Part shown: piece by piece, positions 1 to 10,189 of the stretch | How the letters are laid out: every line of letters starts with the position of its first letter | Numbering within the stretch: position 1 is the first letter of the stretch | NCBI GenBank assembly: GCA_963816275.1 | Contig: CAWFJU010000005.1 | Coordinates: 157,900-221,899 of the forward strand | Origin: an uncultured Actinomycetes bacterium | GTDB taxonomy: Bacteria > Actinomycetota > UBA4738 > HRBIN12 | Direction: 5' to 3' | DNA: 64,000 nt | Notes under the pieces: model-generated | What the model was told of the DNA's origin: nothing | What the model saw: only the letters and a program-made list of their open reading frames with translations | The model's database searches: none | Position numbers and translations under genes: made by a program

Positions 1-151
1 GCCTTCAGGCTCGATCCGATGATCCACCGCATCATGACGAGGAACCCCTCTCCAGTCGTCCGTTCCGGACACTAGGAACGCGATGGGGAGACGGGCATCG
101 TCGCGGGGGACGAACCGTCCTCGTCCTGCGGGACGAGATGGTCTGTGGACG

Positions 152-814
152 CTACCGGGATGTGGGCCGGACGAGTCCGGTGCTGTACGCCAGCACGACC
201 GCCTGAACGCGGTCGCGGAGACCGAGCTTCTCGAAGATATGCCGCACGTGCGTCCGCACGGTCGTGTCGGCGACGAACAGCTCTGCCGCGATCTCGCCGT
301 TGGATCGTCCGAGCCCGATCAGGGTGAGCACCGTCCGCTCGGTCGGTGTCAACGCCTGGAGCTCCAGTGCCTGCTCCGGGCTCGGGCCGGCGTCCCCGAG
401 GTGGGTCTCGAGCAGGCGGCGGGTGACCGAGGGGGCCAGCAAGGTGTCGCCGTCGGCCACGACCCGGATCGCGTGCGCGAGCTCATCCCCTCGAACGTCC
501 TTGAGGAGGAAGCCGCTCGCCCCGGCCCGCAGGGCTTCGAGCACGTACTCGTCGATGTCGAACGTCGTGAGGATCAAGATCTTGATGGCGTCGTTCTCGG
601 AGGTGAGGATCCTCGTGGCCTCCACGCCGTCGAGCTCGGGCATCCTGATGTCCATGAGGACGACGTCGGGGTTGAGCGCCCTCGCCTGTTCGATCGCCGC
701 TCGCCCGTCGGCCGCCTCGCCGACGAACTCGATGTCGTCCTCCGCGCGCAGCGTCATCTCGAACGCGGCACGCATCAAGGGCTGGTCGTCGGCGACGAGG
801 ACGCGGATCGTCAT
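152..814 (-). CDS. Two-component response regulator, NarL/LuxR family (REC + LuxR-type HTH)
   Basis: 220-aa ORF. Receiver signature (VLVADDQPLMR...DVVLMDIRMPELDG...KILILTTF) and C-terminal LuxR HTH (LTPTERTVLTLIGLGRSNGEIAAELFVADTTVRTHVRHIFEKLG). The start overlaps the upstream kinase stop at 811-814. Confidence 0.95.
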   Translation of the reverse strand: MTIRVLVADDQPLMRAAFEMTLRAEDDIEFVGEAADGRAAIEQARALNPDVVLMDIRMPELDGVEATRILTSENDAIKILILTTFDIDEYVLEALRAGASGFLLKDVRGDELAHAIRVVADGDTLLAPSVTRRLLETHLGDAGPSPEQALELQALTPTERTVLTLIGLGRSNGEIAAELFVADTTVRTHVRHIFEKLGLRDRVQAVVLAYSTGLVRPTSR

Positions 815-2125
815 GAAGGATCTGGATCGAGGGGCAGGAAGGCGACCACCTCGTAGCCACCGCCGAACCGCGGCCCCACTCGGAGCTGGCCGCGGAAGAG
901 CCCGACCCGCTCACGCATGCCGAGATGCCCATACCTCGCCCGAGGCGGACCGGCATCCGTCGAGTCGTATCCGCGCCCGTCGTCAACGATCGTGAGCTCG
1001 AGACCGGACGGGCCATACCGGATCGTGACCGTCGCGCGCGTCGCCCCGGCGTGCTTCATCACGTTCGTGAGGCCCTCCTGGACGATGCGGAACGCCGAGA
1101 GATCGAGGCCGGGAGGCAGGGGCTCGAGGCTCCCCCTCCACCATGAGCACGACGGGCAGCCCCGCCTCGCGCACCTGCGCGAGGAGCGACTCGATGTCGC
1201 TGAGCCCCTGCTGAGGATCGCGGTCGTCCGGCCGATCGTCGTCGGTTCGGAGGAGACCCAGGAGGCGGCGCATCTCGACGAGCGCCTCTCGGCCCGAGTC
1301 CTCGATCGACCCGAGCACCGCGCGGCTCTCCTCGGGCTCCGCGTCGAAGACGCGTTGGGCGGCCACGGACTGCGCCACGATCACGCTGACCTTGTGCGCC
1401 ACCATGTCGTGGAGCTCGCGGGCGATGACCCGGCGCTCCTCGGCCACCGCCCTCCGCGCGGCCTCTTCCCGTTCCCGTTCGAACCGCGTCGCGCGGTCTT
1501 CGAGGCTGACCACCTGGCTGCGTTTCACCCGCAGCCCGTCCCCGATGAACCACACGGCGCCGACCACGAGCCCCTCGGCGAAGATCGTGTCGAGCTCGAT
1601 CGGCTCCCTCGAGACGTAGAGGATCAAGAGCACGACCCCGGCGCTCGCCAGCGCCGCCGGGATCGAGATCCGACGATCGCGATGGGCCGCGACCGTGTAG
1701 AGGGCCAGCAAGAACCCGAAGGAGGCGAACGACGGGAAGTACCCCAGGGTGAAGAAGAGGAACATCGCCGAGGTGATCACGGCCAGCACGGCGATCGGGG
1801 CCACGCGCCGCCACACGAGGGGGACGGTCTGGAGCAACGCGAGGGCCAGGCCCAGGCCGTCGAGGGCCGGGTTGCCCGAATCCGTTCCGCCCTCGGGGAT
1901 GTCGACGTGGGTCCGCGTCAGGAGACCCACCAGGGAGAGGGCCGTGAGGAGCGATGCGATGATCGCGTCCTGCACGAGGGGATCCGAGAGTGCCCATCGG
2001 CGCGAGCGATCCCCGCCCCCCGGACCCGTGGGCCCGGCCACCGGTCCCCCGGGGCCCGATCCATCGCTCGGCGGCCGCCGATCGATGTCGGGTACCTTCA
2101 GGAGCTCACGTTCCGCACTCTTCAT
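811..2125 (-). pseudogene. Sensor histidine kinase (membrane region + HisKA_3 + HATPase_c), reading frame broken once
   Basis: ORF 983..2317 carries hydrophobic segments and the H-box (ARELHDMVAHKVSV). The ATPase part (LPPGLDLSAFRIVQEGLTNVMKHAG...IVDDGRG) continues in the +1 frame (ORF 811..1062 and its upstream extension). The junction is at the G4 run 1119-1122. The likely start is ATG at 2125 (MKSAERE). Confidence 0.85.
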
Positions 2126-2288
2126 CGGGTCCACCGGCCCTCGTAGGCGACCTCGTCGCGGCCCTCCGTGCAGGGGATGTCGGAAACGTAAACCTTCCGG
2201 GCCTAAGAACTCAAGAGGCGCAAGGGCCGTGGCGCGCAGGGGATGACGGCTCGATTTCCGACCGTTCGCGGCCGCGACGCCGGGGGGG

Positions 2289-3059
2289 TCAGACCTTGCG
2301 GACCTTCCAGATGTCATCCCCGGGGAAGTCGCGCGCCCAATCCAGGGTCGTGTAGGTGGTGTAGGTCGTCGAGGCGTCAGGCGATGGTCGGAGCTCGATC
2401 AGGTCCTCGACCACCAGGCCCGCATCACGGAAGACCCGGATCCAGTCTCCGTAGCCGAGGTACCACTCGACGCTCGTCCCGCTCTCGTCCGGAACTTCGG
2501 AGCGACCGAGCTCGAAGTACGGCCGATGCAGCGTTCGGTCGGGCGGGTCCTCGTCGTTGGGCCAGCAGACCGCGACCCAGGGCGTCGCGATGTTGAACAC
2601 CAGGTGCCCGCCAGGCCGGAGCACGCGAGCGCACTCGGGGATCGTCACGCGCGGGTCGGTGAACGACGTCGCCCCGTGATCGCACACCACCAGGTCGAAG
2701 CTCCCGTCGACGAACGGCAGTTCCTCGGCGCTCGCGCGAACGAGCGGGAAGCGTTCGCCGGTCTCGGCGACGTTCGCGCGGGCCGCGGTCAGCTGGTTCG
2801 CCGAGAAGTCGAGCCCGATCACGTTGGCCCCGAGCCTCGCCAGGTTGATGCCGAACTGGCCGGCTCCGCACCCCAGTTCAAGGGTCCGGAGACCCGCCAC
2901 GTTCCCGAGCGCCCGGGCCTCACCCTCGGGGATCGCCCAGGTTCCCCAGATGAGGCCGTCCCAACGGTTCAGCTGCCCGGCGTTCCGCGCCTGATAGTCG
3001 GCGCTGTCGGCCTCCCAGCTCTCGAGGTTCGTTCGTACGTCGTCCCGGCTCATGCGCAT
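2289..3059 (-). CDS. Class I SAM-dependent methyltransferase
   Basis: 256-aa ORF with SAM-binding motif I (LELGCGAGQFGINLARLGANVIGLDFS) and an acidic post-I loop. Confidence 0.9.
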   Translation of the reverse strand: MRMSRDDVRTNLESWEADSADYQARNAGQLNRWDGLIWGTWAIPEGEARALGNVAGLRTLELGCGAGQFGINLARLGANVIGLDFSANQLTAARANVAETGERFPLVRASAEELPFVDGSFDLVVCDHGATSFTDPRVTIPECARVLRPGGHLVFNIATPWVAVCWPNDEDPPDRTLHRPYFELGRSEVPDESGTSVEWYLGYGDWIRVFRDAGLVVEDLIELRPSPDASTTYTTYTTLDWARDFPGDDIWKVRKV

Positions 3060-3077
3060 GAGCCTACGGGAGTTGCA

Positions 3078-3551
3078 TCAGGTGCGAGACGCGTAGTCCA
3101 CCCTCGTGAACGGCCAGTCGGTCTCGAGCCAATCCGAGACCCCCCGCCACAGCGGGAGGTCGAGCTCCGCGCGCGAGGCCCGCACCCAGGACTCCGCGCG
3201 CGCGTCGTGCTCGTCGTCCTTGGCCGGGTAGATGTAGACGCATCCGACCACGTCCTCACCGTCAGGATCGAGCACCGTGTACGTGAAGCCACGGCGCGCC
3301 ACGAGATCGGCCGCATGGCCCTCGAGGTCACCGAGGTTCTCCTCCAGCGTCATCGGCCGAGGCCAGGAGCCGCCGCCGGCGTCGGTGTCCTCGTCGCGGA
3401 ACCCCGGGGTCGCGTGGATGTGCTCCATGCTCGAGCTCCATGCGGTGTGATCGCGCTCGTTGTGCTGGGGGCCGAGCGGCTCCAACCGCATCCCGGGCAG
3501 CTCGAGCCCCGCCGGCGGATCGAAATCGTCGGGCACGAAGGGTTGAGCCAC
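3078..3551 (-). CDS. GNAT-family N-acetyltransferase-like protein
   Basis: 157-aa ORF. The pattern LEPLGPQHNERDHTAW...FTYTVLDP...VVGCVYIYP resembles small actinobacterial GNAT proteins. Assigned from memory of the family only. Confidence 0.65.
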   Translation of the reverse strand: MAQPFVPDDFDPPAGLELPGMRLEPLGPQHNERDHTAWSSSMEHIHATPGFRDEDTDAGGGSWPRPMTLEENLGDLEGHAADLVARRGFTYTVLDPDGEDVVGCVYIYPAKDDEHDARAESWVRASRAELDLPLWRGVSDWLETDWPFTRVDYASRT

Positions 3552-3578
3552 GTTCAGGAGTCTCGCACAGGCGTGGGA

Positions 3579-4475
3579 CTACCAGTCGAGCCCGTCGGCG
3601 TGGTGCAACACCAGATGGCGGTGGGAGCCGTCGGCCCGCATGATCCACAGCGATGTGTGCCAGTGGCGGTTCGTGAGGAACGCCACGCGGGCGCCGGCGG
3701 GATCGAAGCGCGGGTCGTAGAGCCCGAACGCCTCGCCGCGCGGCAACGCGATCACATGCCGGTGACGCCCGTCCGCCGCGCTCCTCCAGATCTCCCCGCA
3801 CGCGTGGCAGGTCCGCACCCATCCTCGGTACACGAGGTGCGTGCCGGCCTCCGAGAGGTCCAAGGCGCTCGCGGTGACGTCCGCGATCACGGTCAGCCCC
3901 GTCCCATCCGACCCGAACCTGAGGATGCCCGTCCGGGCTGCCGGACCGCACACGCGGATCCCGTTCACCCACTCGGCGCTCGCGAGCAGCCAGGTCCCGT
4001 CGGGCCCCCAGGCGAGTCCGGTGACCATGGCCTGCGCGCCGAGGAGCTTCGTGGGCGGAGCACGCCCGAACGCCGGCGCCGTCCAGACCTGCCCGCAGAG
4101 CCGGTGCGCGCCGGTCAGGGTCGTGGTCGAGAACGCGACCCGGCCGCCGTCGGGTGACCACGAGACCGCGTCGATCCCCTCGAAGCGCCGCGGCACGTGC
4201 GCGACCCGATGCCGGATCCCCGTGACCGTGTCGAGCCAGATCAGGGTCCGGTCGCCGCCCACGAACGCGATCCTTCGGTGGTCGGGCGCCAAGGCCGGCG
4301 TTCGTTCTCGGCGGACCGACGACGTGAGCCGGGTGAGCCCGCCACGGGGCGAGTAGGTGAAGAGGTCGCCGCCGCGCTCCACCGCGATGGGCGCCCCCGC
4401 GTGCGCGGCCGGCGCGACGGCGCCCACGAGGGCAAGGACCAAGGACATCACGAGCACAGATCTCGATGCGAACAT
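3579..4475 (-). CDS. Secreted TolB-like beta-propeller (PD40/WD40-like repeat) protein
   Basis: 298-aa ORF with an N-terminal signal peptide (MFASRSVLVMSLVLALVGAVAPAAHA) and repeated SPDG/APDxxRIAF-type PD40 motifs. Confidence 0.7.
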   Translation of the reverse strand: MFASRSVLVMSLVLALVGAVAPAAHAGAPIAVERGGDLFTYSPRGGLTRLTSSVRRERTPALAPDHRRIAFVGGDRTLIWLDTVTGIRHRVAHVPRRFEGIDAVSWSPDGGRVAFSTTTLTGAHRLCGQVWTAPAFGRAPPTKLLGAQAMVTGLAWGPDGTWLLASAEWVNGIRVCGPAARTGILRFGSDGTGLTVIADVTASALDLSEAGTHLVYRGWVRTCHACGEIWRSAADGRHRHVIALPRGEAFGLYDPRFDPAGARVAFLTNRHWHTSLWIMRADGSHRHLVLHHADGLDW

Positions 4476-4606
4476 CCGGGGCTCCCACCGCCATGATGCG
4501 CCGTCGACCGGGTTCCGCCTAGACCCGCGGAGGAGACTCGGACTCCCGCCTCCCGTGGGGGCATCATCGGGCGCGTGTCCGGGCGAGTATCGGCGGCGCG
4601 CGTGCC

Positions 4607-5992
4607 ATGATGCGCCGCGTGGATCCGCCCCGCGCCGAGTACGCGTTCAACGGAGACGTCGCGATCGCCTACGGCGTGGTCGGCGACGGTCCCGTCGACC
4701 TCGTCTACATCCAGGGATTCGTCTCCGACGTCGAGCTGATGTGGGACTGCCCGCAGGCCGTGGCGTTCTTCGAGCGGATCGCGAGCTGGGCGCGTCTGAT
4801 CACGATCGACCGACGGGGCACCGGGATGTCGGATCGGTTCTCGGCACGCGACCTGCCGCCGCTCGAGGATGCGGCCGCCGACGTGCTGGCGGTGTTGGAC
4901 GCCGTCGGTTCGTCCCGCGCCTCGATCCTCGGCCACCACGAGGGCGGCCAGCTCGGGGCGATGGTGGCCGCCGCGCATCCCGAACGCGTTCGGACGTTGA
5001 GCCTGTTCTCGACCGCCGCCTCGTGGGAGCGGACCGCGCGAGAGGATCTGGTCGAGCCCGTGACCGGGAACCTCGACGATTGGATCGAGAGCTGGCGATG
5101 GGACTTCGGGACCCGAACCAACGAACGAGAGCTGTTCGAGCTCGCCGCCCCCTCGCGCACGGGCGATGGCGAGCTCTACCGGTTCATCTCCCGGCTGATG
5201 CGGCATGCGGCCAGCCCGAACTCAGCCGTCGGCTTCCTCCGGTTGCTCCTCGACACCGACATCTCCGGGATCCTCGGCGCGATCGAGGTGCCGACGCAGG
5301 TGCTCCATCGGGTCGGTGACCGGACGCTCCCGATCACCTGGGGACGGCAACTCGCTGAGGCGATCCCCGGTGCGGGCTTCGTGGAGCTGTCCGGAGACGA
5401 CTGGTGGCCGTTCCTCGGGGACACGGACGAGCTGCTCGGCGCCGTCGAGTCGTTCGTGCTGGGAGCCGACGGCGCCTCGCGGCCCAGCGCGGGCCCGAGC
5501 ACCGCGGGGTGGCGTGGGCTCGCGACCGTGCTGTTCACGGACATCGTGGGCTCGACCGCCCGGAGCGCCGAGCTCGGCGATCGCGCCTGGGCGCAGGTCC
5601 GCGAGCGGCACGACGCGATCGTCCGAACGGCCCTCGCGGATGCCGGCGGCCGAGAAGTGAAGACGATGGGCGACGGATTCCTCGCCACGTTCGACGGTCC
5701 CGCTCGTGGCGTGGAGTGCGCGGCGACGATCGTGGAGGCGGTGCGAGCGCTCGGGATCGAGATCCGGGCGGGCGTGCACACCGGCGAGGTGGTGTTCGAG
5801 GGCGACGATCTCTCGGGCATCGCGGTCGCGATCGGTGCCCGGATCTCCGCCCTGGCCGGGCCGAGCGAGGTGCTCGTCTCCCGCACGGTGAAGGACCTCA
5901 CCGCGGGGTCGGGCCTCGGCTTCGAGGACGCCGGGGAGCACGAGCTGAAGGGCGTCCCCGACCGGTGGCGACTGTACCGGGTCGCGGAATGA
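4607..5992 (+). CDS. Alpha/beta-hydrolase fused to a class III adenylate/guanylate cyclase domain (LipJ/Rv1900c-like architecture)
   Basis: 461-aa ORF. N-terminal hydrolase fold (VDLVYIQGF...ILGHHEGG). C-terminal cyclase core (LATVLFTDIVGSTA...KTMGDGFLATF...IRAGVHTGEV...GIAVAIGARI). Confidence 0.9.
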   Translation: MMRRVDPPRAEYAFNGDVAIAYGVVGDGPVDLVYIQGFVSDVELMWDCPQAVAFFERIASWARLITIDRRGTGMSDRFSARDLPPLEDAAADVLAVLDAVGSSRASILGHHEGGQLGAMVAAAHPERVRTLSLFSTAASWERTAREDLVEPVTGNLDDWIESWRWDFGTRTNERELFELAAPSRTGDGELYRFISRLMRHAASPNSAVGFLRLLLDTDISGILGAIEVPTQVLHRVGDRTLPITWGRQLAEAIPGAGFVELSGDDWWPFLGDTDELLGAVESFVLGADGASRPSAGPSTAGWRGLATVLFTDIVGSTARSAELGDRAWAQVRERHDAIVRTALADAGGREVKTMGDGFLATFDGPARGVECAATIVEAVRALGIEIRAGVHTGEVVFEGDDLSGIAVAIGARISALAGPSEVLVSRTVKDLTAGSGLGFEDAGEHELKGVPDRWRLYRVAE

Positions 5993-6001
5993 TCCCGGCG
6001 C

Positions 6002-7381
6002 TCACTCGGCCACAGGCCCGAAGCGAACCATCGTGGCGACCGCGAGGAACATCGAGGACACCCGGCCGTCCGCCCGACGGCGGAACGTCACGCGCTCGCC
6101 CGATTCCCGTACGCCGGGCGCGACCACGAAGACGCCCGGGTCCTCGGTCGGCACGAGGGTCGGGCGCCACGAGGCCTCGTCTGGATCGACGATCGTGAGC
6201 GCCCCGTCGCGCCACTCCACGCGCGCGATCATCGCCTGCTCCTCGTCCACGTAGAGGCCGAGCAGGTCACGGTAGGCGGGCGGCATCGACGCCGGCGGCT
6301 CGATCGCGGGCGGCGCCTCCCGCACGGCGTCGCGGGCGATCGTGGCGAGATCCATCGCGAGCTCGTCCGCGTCCCCGATCCCGTTAAGGAGCGCGATCGC
6401 GCCAACCTTCTCCTTCGGGTCGAAGCAGATGGTCGTGATGAAGCCGTTGAGGCCGCCGGCGTGCTGGACCCAGATCACCTCGCCCTTGCGGGCCGCGTAC
6501 CATGAGATGCCGAAGGCCTCGGTCCACGCGTCGTCGCCCAGATAGCGGGCCTTGTGCATCTCCTTCAGCGTGTCCCCCGCCAGGATCTGCGTGCCCTCCC
6601 GCGCTCCGCCGTCCTCCCGGAACTGGAACGACAGCCACCGGGCGAGGTCGTCGACGCTCGACCACAGACCCCCTTCCGCCCACACCGTGGGGGGGATCGA
6701 GGCCGGCGCCAGCTCGTCGGACAGGAATCGGGCGGCGTAGCCGGTCGCGCGTCGTTCGAGCAGCGCCTCCGGCAGCGGCTCGAACGCCGAGCCGTCCATC
6801 CCGAGCGGCTCGAGGATCCGCGTCCGCACGTACTCCGGGTACGGCACACCGCTGCGGCGGGCCACGATCTCACCGAGCAGCTGGTAGGCCAGGTTCGAGT
6901 ACTTCTGCTGGGTGTTGGGCGGGATCGTCGTGGCGACCGCTCCCGCGCGCGCGAGGTTCCGCTCCGCGGACCCTTCGTAGTCGGGGACCCACCAGTCGGT
7001 GCCGGGCGGGTCGCCCTGCAGACCGCTCTCGTGCGAGAGCATCCGGCGGACGGTGACGGTCTCGATCGCCCCGAACGGGCTCGCCACCCCGGCCAGTTCG
7101 GGAAGGTGGACGACGGCTGGGTCGTCGAGATGGAGCAGACCCTCGTCGCGCAGCTGCAGGATCGCGGTGCCGGTGAACGTCTTCGTGATCGACGCGATCC
7201 GATAGAGGGTGGAGGTGTCCGGGGCGCGACGCGACGCGATGTCGGCGCACCCCACCCCGCCGGACCAGACGAGCCCGTCCCCGTGGACGATTCCCACGGC
7301 GGCACCCGGCAGCCGATGCTCCTTCACGAACGAGGCGGTCTTCGCCTCGAGCTTCGGTGCCACGGCTCCGATCGGCTCCAT
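6002..7381 (-). CDS. Serine hydrolase, beta-lactamase/class C-related family
   Basis: 459-aa ORF with the S-x-x-K active-site motif (YRIASITKTFT) and family-typical length. Confidence 0.9.
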   Translation of the reverse strand: MEPIGAVAPKLEAKTASFVKEHRLPGAAVGIVHGDGLVWSGGVGCADIASRRAPDTSTLYRIASITKTFTGTAILQLRDEGLLHLDDPAVVHLPELAGVASPFGAIETVTVRRMLSHESGLQGDPPGTDWWVPDYEGSAERNLARAGAVATTIPPNTQQKYSNLAYQLLGEIVARRSGVPYPEYVRTRILEPLGMDGSAFEPLPEALLERRATGYAARFLSDELAPASIPPTVWAEGGLWSSVDDLARWLSFQFREDGGAREGTQILAGDTLKEMHKARYLGDDAWTEAFGISWYAARKGEVIWVQHAGGLNGFITTICFDPKEKVGAIALLNGIGDADELAMDLATIARDAVREAPPAIEPPASMPPAYRDLLGLYVDEEQAMIARVEWRDGALTIVDPDEASWRPTLVPTEDPGVFVVAPGVRESGERVTFRRRADGRVSSMFLAVATMVRFGPVAE

Positions 7382-7414
7382 CTCGATCTCCCCTCTGGCC
7401 CACCGGCCGCGACC

Positions 7415-8189
7415 TTACTCTCTGGGCGCCACGCTGCTCGACCGCCCGGCCATGCGGTGCGCCACGGCGGCAGCGCCGTCGACGAGCACGCGCGCCAACC
7501 GCGACACATCGCGCGCCGGGATCCGGAACGACGGCCCCGACAGGCTGACCGCCGCCACGGCTCGTCCGTCGACGAGCACCGGTGCCGCCATCGTCACGAG
7601 CCCGTCCTCCAGCTCGCCGGTGCTCACCGCGTAGCCCCGTCGGCGGACCTCGTCGAGGAGCGAACGGAGCATCGCCGGGTCGGTGACGGTCTTCGGGGTG
7701 ATCGCCTCGAGCCGGCCGCGCAGGACCTTCTCCCGCACGCGCGGGTCGCCGAACGCGAGCATCGCCTTGCCGCTGGAACTCGCGTGCGCCGGGCTCCGGC
7801 GGCCCACCCAGCTCGCCATCACGACGGTCTGGGCGGGCGTGACCTGGTCGACGTACACCACGTGCGTGCCGTCGAGGATCGACAGGTTCGCGGTCTCCGA
7901 CGAGGTCGCCGAGAGCTGCTCGAGCTCCGGACGTGCCTGGCTCACTACCGGGAGCCGCGCCACCGCGCTCGCCGCGAGTCCCACGATCCGCGCACCCAGC
8001 CGATACCGGGAGTGAACGCTCGTCCCGCTCGACGATCCGGGACGCGGAGAGCGTCGCGAGGAGGCGCGAGGCCGTCGACCGGTGCACGCCCAGCTCGCGT
8101 GCGACGTCGGAGACGCCGAGGCCCTCCGGCGCGGCGCCCAGCAGGTCGAGCACCAGCACCACCCGTTCGGCCGAGTCCGTCGCGCGCAT
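7415..8189 (-). pseudogene. IclR-family transcriptional regulator, reading frame broken once
   Basis: The N-terminal wHTH (MRATDSAERVVLVLDLLGAAPEGLGVSDVARELGVHRSTASRLLATLSASRIVERDERS) is in ORF 6870..8189. The effector domain (RYRLGARIVGLA...GELEDGLVTMAAPV...AVSLSGPSFR) is in the +1 frame (tail of ORF 7415..9121). The junction is near the GGG run at 8008-8010. Confidence 0.85.
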
Positions 8190-8311
8190 CGCGCGAGCCT
8201 AGCCTGCTGTTGCCGTGAGGGCACGCCGGTCCTTGCACGCGCGACACGGCCCCTCGGTAGCGTCCGCCGCGGACGGCCACCGGACGGCGGCCCGTGGGGG
8301 AGGCATCGCGC

Positions 8312-9271
8312 ATGACGGACGGGTTCCCGTTCGACGTCGACGGGGTCTGGCTGAAGGCCGCCCTGCACACCCATACCCGCCGGTCGGACGGCGAACTCGA
8401 GCCCGACGCCCACGTTCGGCATCACGAGTGGATGGGCTTCGACGTCTGCGCGATCACCGACCACTGGACCCTCACCCACGTTCCCTCGACCGACATCCTG
8501 GTGATCACCGGCGCTGAGCTCGCCGCCGATCCAGGCGTGGGCATGGACAACGACGTCGAGATCCTCGCGATCGGGATCTCCGATATCCCCGAGGATCCGG
8601 GCGGCGACCGCACCCACTGGGGGCCCGTCGAGGCCTACCACTACAAGACCTTCCCGGACCTCTCGGCCGCCGCCGCGAACATCGCGGCCCAGGGCGGGGT
8701 GCCGTTCATCGCGCACCCCTACTGGAGCGGCATGCCGCACGAGGTGATCCTCCAGACCGAGGGCGCCGTGGGGCTCGAGGTGTGGAACGCGAGCTCCGAG
8801 CGCGAGAACGGCCGCGGCGACTCGAGCTACGTCTGGGACCTCGCGCTCGAGCGCGGCAAACAGCTCTGGGGGTTCGGCACCGACGACTGCCACTACCCCG
8901 GGTTCGACATCGGCGACGGCTGGACGATGGTGCGCGCCGCGGACCGGTCGGAGGCCGCGGTGCTCGAGGCGCTCCGGCGCGGGCACACGTACGCCTCGAA
9001 CGGGCCGCAGGTCCTGGGGGTCGAACGCGACGGGGAGGCGCTCGAGGTCAGCTGCTCGCCGGCTCGCATGATCAACCTGATGTCGCACCGGGAGCACGGC
9101 TGGTCCGTGCGTGCGGACCACCGCGGGATGCAGTTCGAGTCGCGGATCCTGGAGCGGAACGACCGTGGCTTGATCACGCGGGCGCGGTTCATGCCGCCGG
9201 CCGACCTCCGGTACCGGCGGCTCGTGGTCGAGGACGAGACGGGACGCAAGGCGTGGTCGAACGCGATCTGA
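8312..9271 (+). CDS. PHP-domain metallohydrolase (CehA/McbA-like)
   Basis: ORF 8294..9271. The ATG at 8312 is preceded by GGGGGAGG. PHP motifs are present (LKAALHTHTRRSDG, ICAITDH). Confidence 0.8.
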   Translation: MTDGFPFDVDGVWLKAALHTHTRRSDGELEPDAHVRHHEWMGFDVCAITDHWTLTHVPSTDILVITGAELAADPGVGMDNDVEILAIGISDIPEDPGGDRTHWGPVEAYHYKTFPDLSAAAANIAAQGGVPFIAHPYWSGMPHEVILQTEGAVGLEVWNASSERENGRGDSSYVWDLALERGKQLWGFGTDDCHYPGFDIGDGWTMVRAADRSEAAVLEALRRGHTYASNGPQVLGVERDGEALEVSCSPARMINLMSHREHGWSVRADHRGMQFESRILERNDRGLITRARFMPPADLRYRRLVVEDETGRKAWSNAI

Positions 9272-10056
9272 CCGCCGACCTGGCGTTCGCGCATGCGCTC
9301 GCCGACGCGGCGGCCGCCGTGACGGTGCCGTGGTTCGGCCACCGGTTGCCCGTCGAGCTGAAGGAGGACGCCACGCCGGTGACCGAGGTCGACCGGGCCG
9401 CCGAGCATGCGATCCGCGAGCTCGTCGCCGCGCGGTTCCCCGACGACGGCGTGCTCGGCGAAGAGGAGGGCCTCGACGCCGGCGCGAATGGTCGCTGTTG
9501 GGTCGTCGATCCCGTCGACGGGACGAAGCTCTACGCGGAGGGCATCCCGCTGTGGACCACGTTGATCGGGCTCACGATCGACGGTGAAGCCGAGCTCGGC
9601 GTGGCCGACGCGCCGGCGCTCGGTGACCGGTACCACGCGGCCCGCGGCGGCGGCGCGTGGCGTGGTGACCGCCGGCTTCGGGTCTCCGAGGTGGCGACCC
9701 TCGGCGACGCGTTCGTGGCGCACTCCGGGGTCGAGGAATGGATCGGGGGCGGCCGGAACGACGCGCTGCTGCGCGTGGCCGCGCGCGCACGAGGCACCCG
9801 GGGCCTGAGCGACGCGTGGGCGCACCTGCTGATCGCCCAGGGCTCGGTCGACGCGCTCCTCGAACACGAAGCTTGCTACGCGTGGGACTGGACTGCCACC
9901 GGCGTGATCGTCGAGGAGGCCGGTGGACGGCTCACGACGCTCGCCGGTAACCCGCCCGCGCCGGGAGAGGACCTGCTCGTGACGAACGGGGTCCTGCATG
10001 ACGAGGTCCTCGGCGTCCTCGGCGAGGCGCCGGTCAGCTGGGAGACCGCGAGGTGA
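9253..10056 (+). CDS. Inositol monophosphatase-family phosphatase (HisN-like histidinol-phosphatase candidate)
   Basis: C-terminal 267 aa of ORF 8782..10056, starting at the in-frame GTG 9253, which overlaps the upstream stop. IMPase motifs are present (TPVTEVDRAAE, GEEEG, WVVDPVDGTKLY, WDWTA). Confidence 0.85.
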   Translation: MVERDLTADLAFAHALADAAAAVTVPWFGHRLPVELKEDATPVTEVDRAAEHAIRELVAARFPDDGVLGEEEGLDAGANGRCWVVDPVDGTKLYAEGIPLWTTLIGLTIDGEAELGVADAPALGDRYHAARGGGAWRGDRRLRVSEVATLGDAFVAHSGVEEWIGGGRNDALLRVAARARGTRGLSDAWAHLLIAQGSVDALLEHEACYAWDWTATGVIVEEAGGRLTTLAGNPPAPGEDLLVTNGVLHDEVLGVLGEAPVSWETAR

Positions 10057-10189
10057 ACGCTCGACCCGTCGCCGGTGTCGCGGCACCCGGCGGCTCGCCG
10101 CGCCATGACCCAAGGCCCGTTCCCTGCCCCGTCGCGTACTGGGTCGTAGACGGGCGACGAACGAACCGTCGACGGGGCGGGAGGACGGC

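Noticed and set aside
1-35. A possible 5' end of a minus-strand gene running off the left edge, with ATG at 35 or 32 preceded by GGAGAGGGG.
   Set aside because: Only about 11 codons are visible, which is too little to support a call.
7415-9121. A 568-aa ORF upstream of the IclR effector domain.
   Set aside because: The first 300 aa or so are antisense to the PHP-domain gene and have no protein-like features. The real IclR N-terminus (HTH) lies in another frame, starting at 8189.
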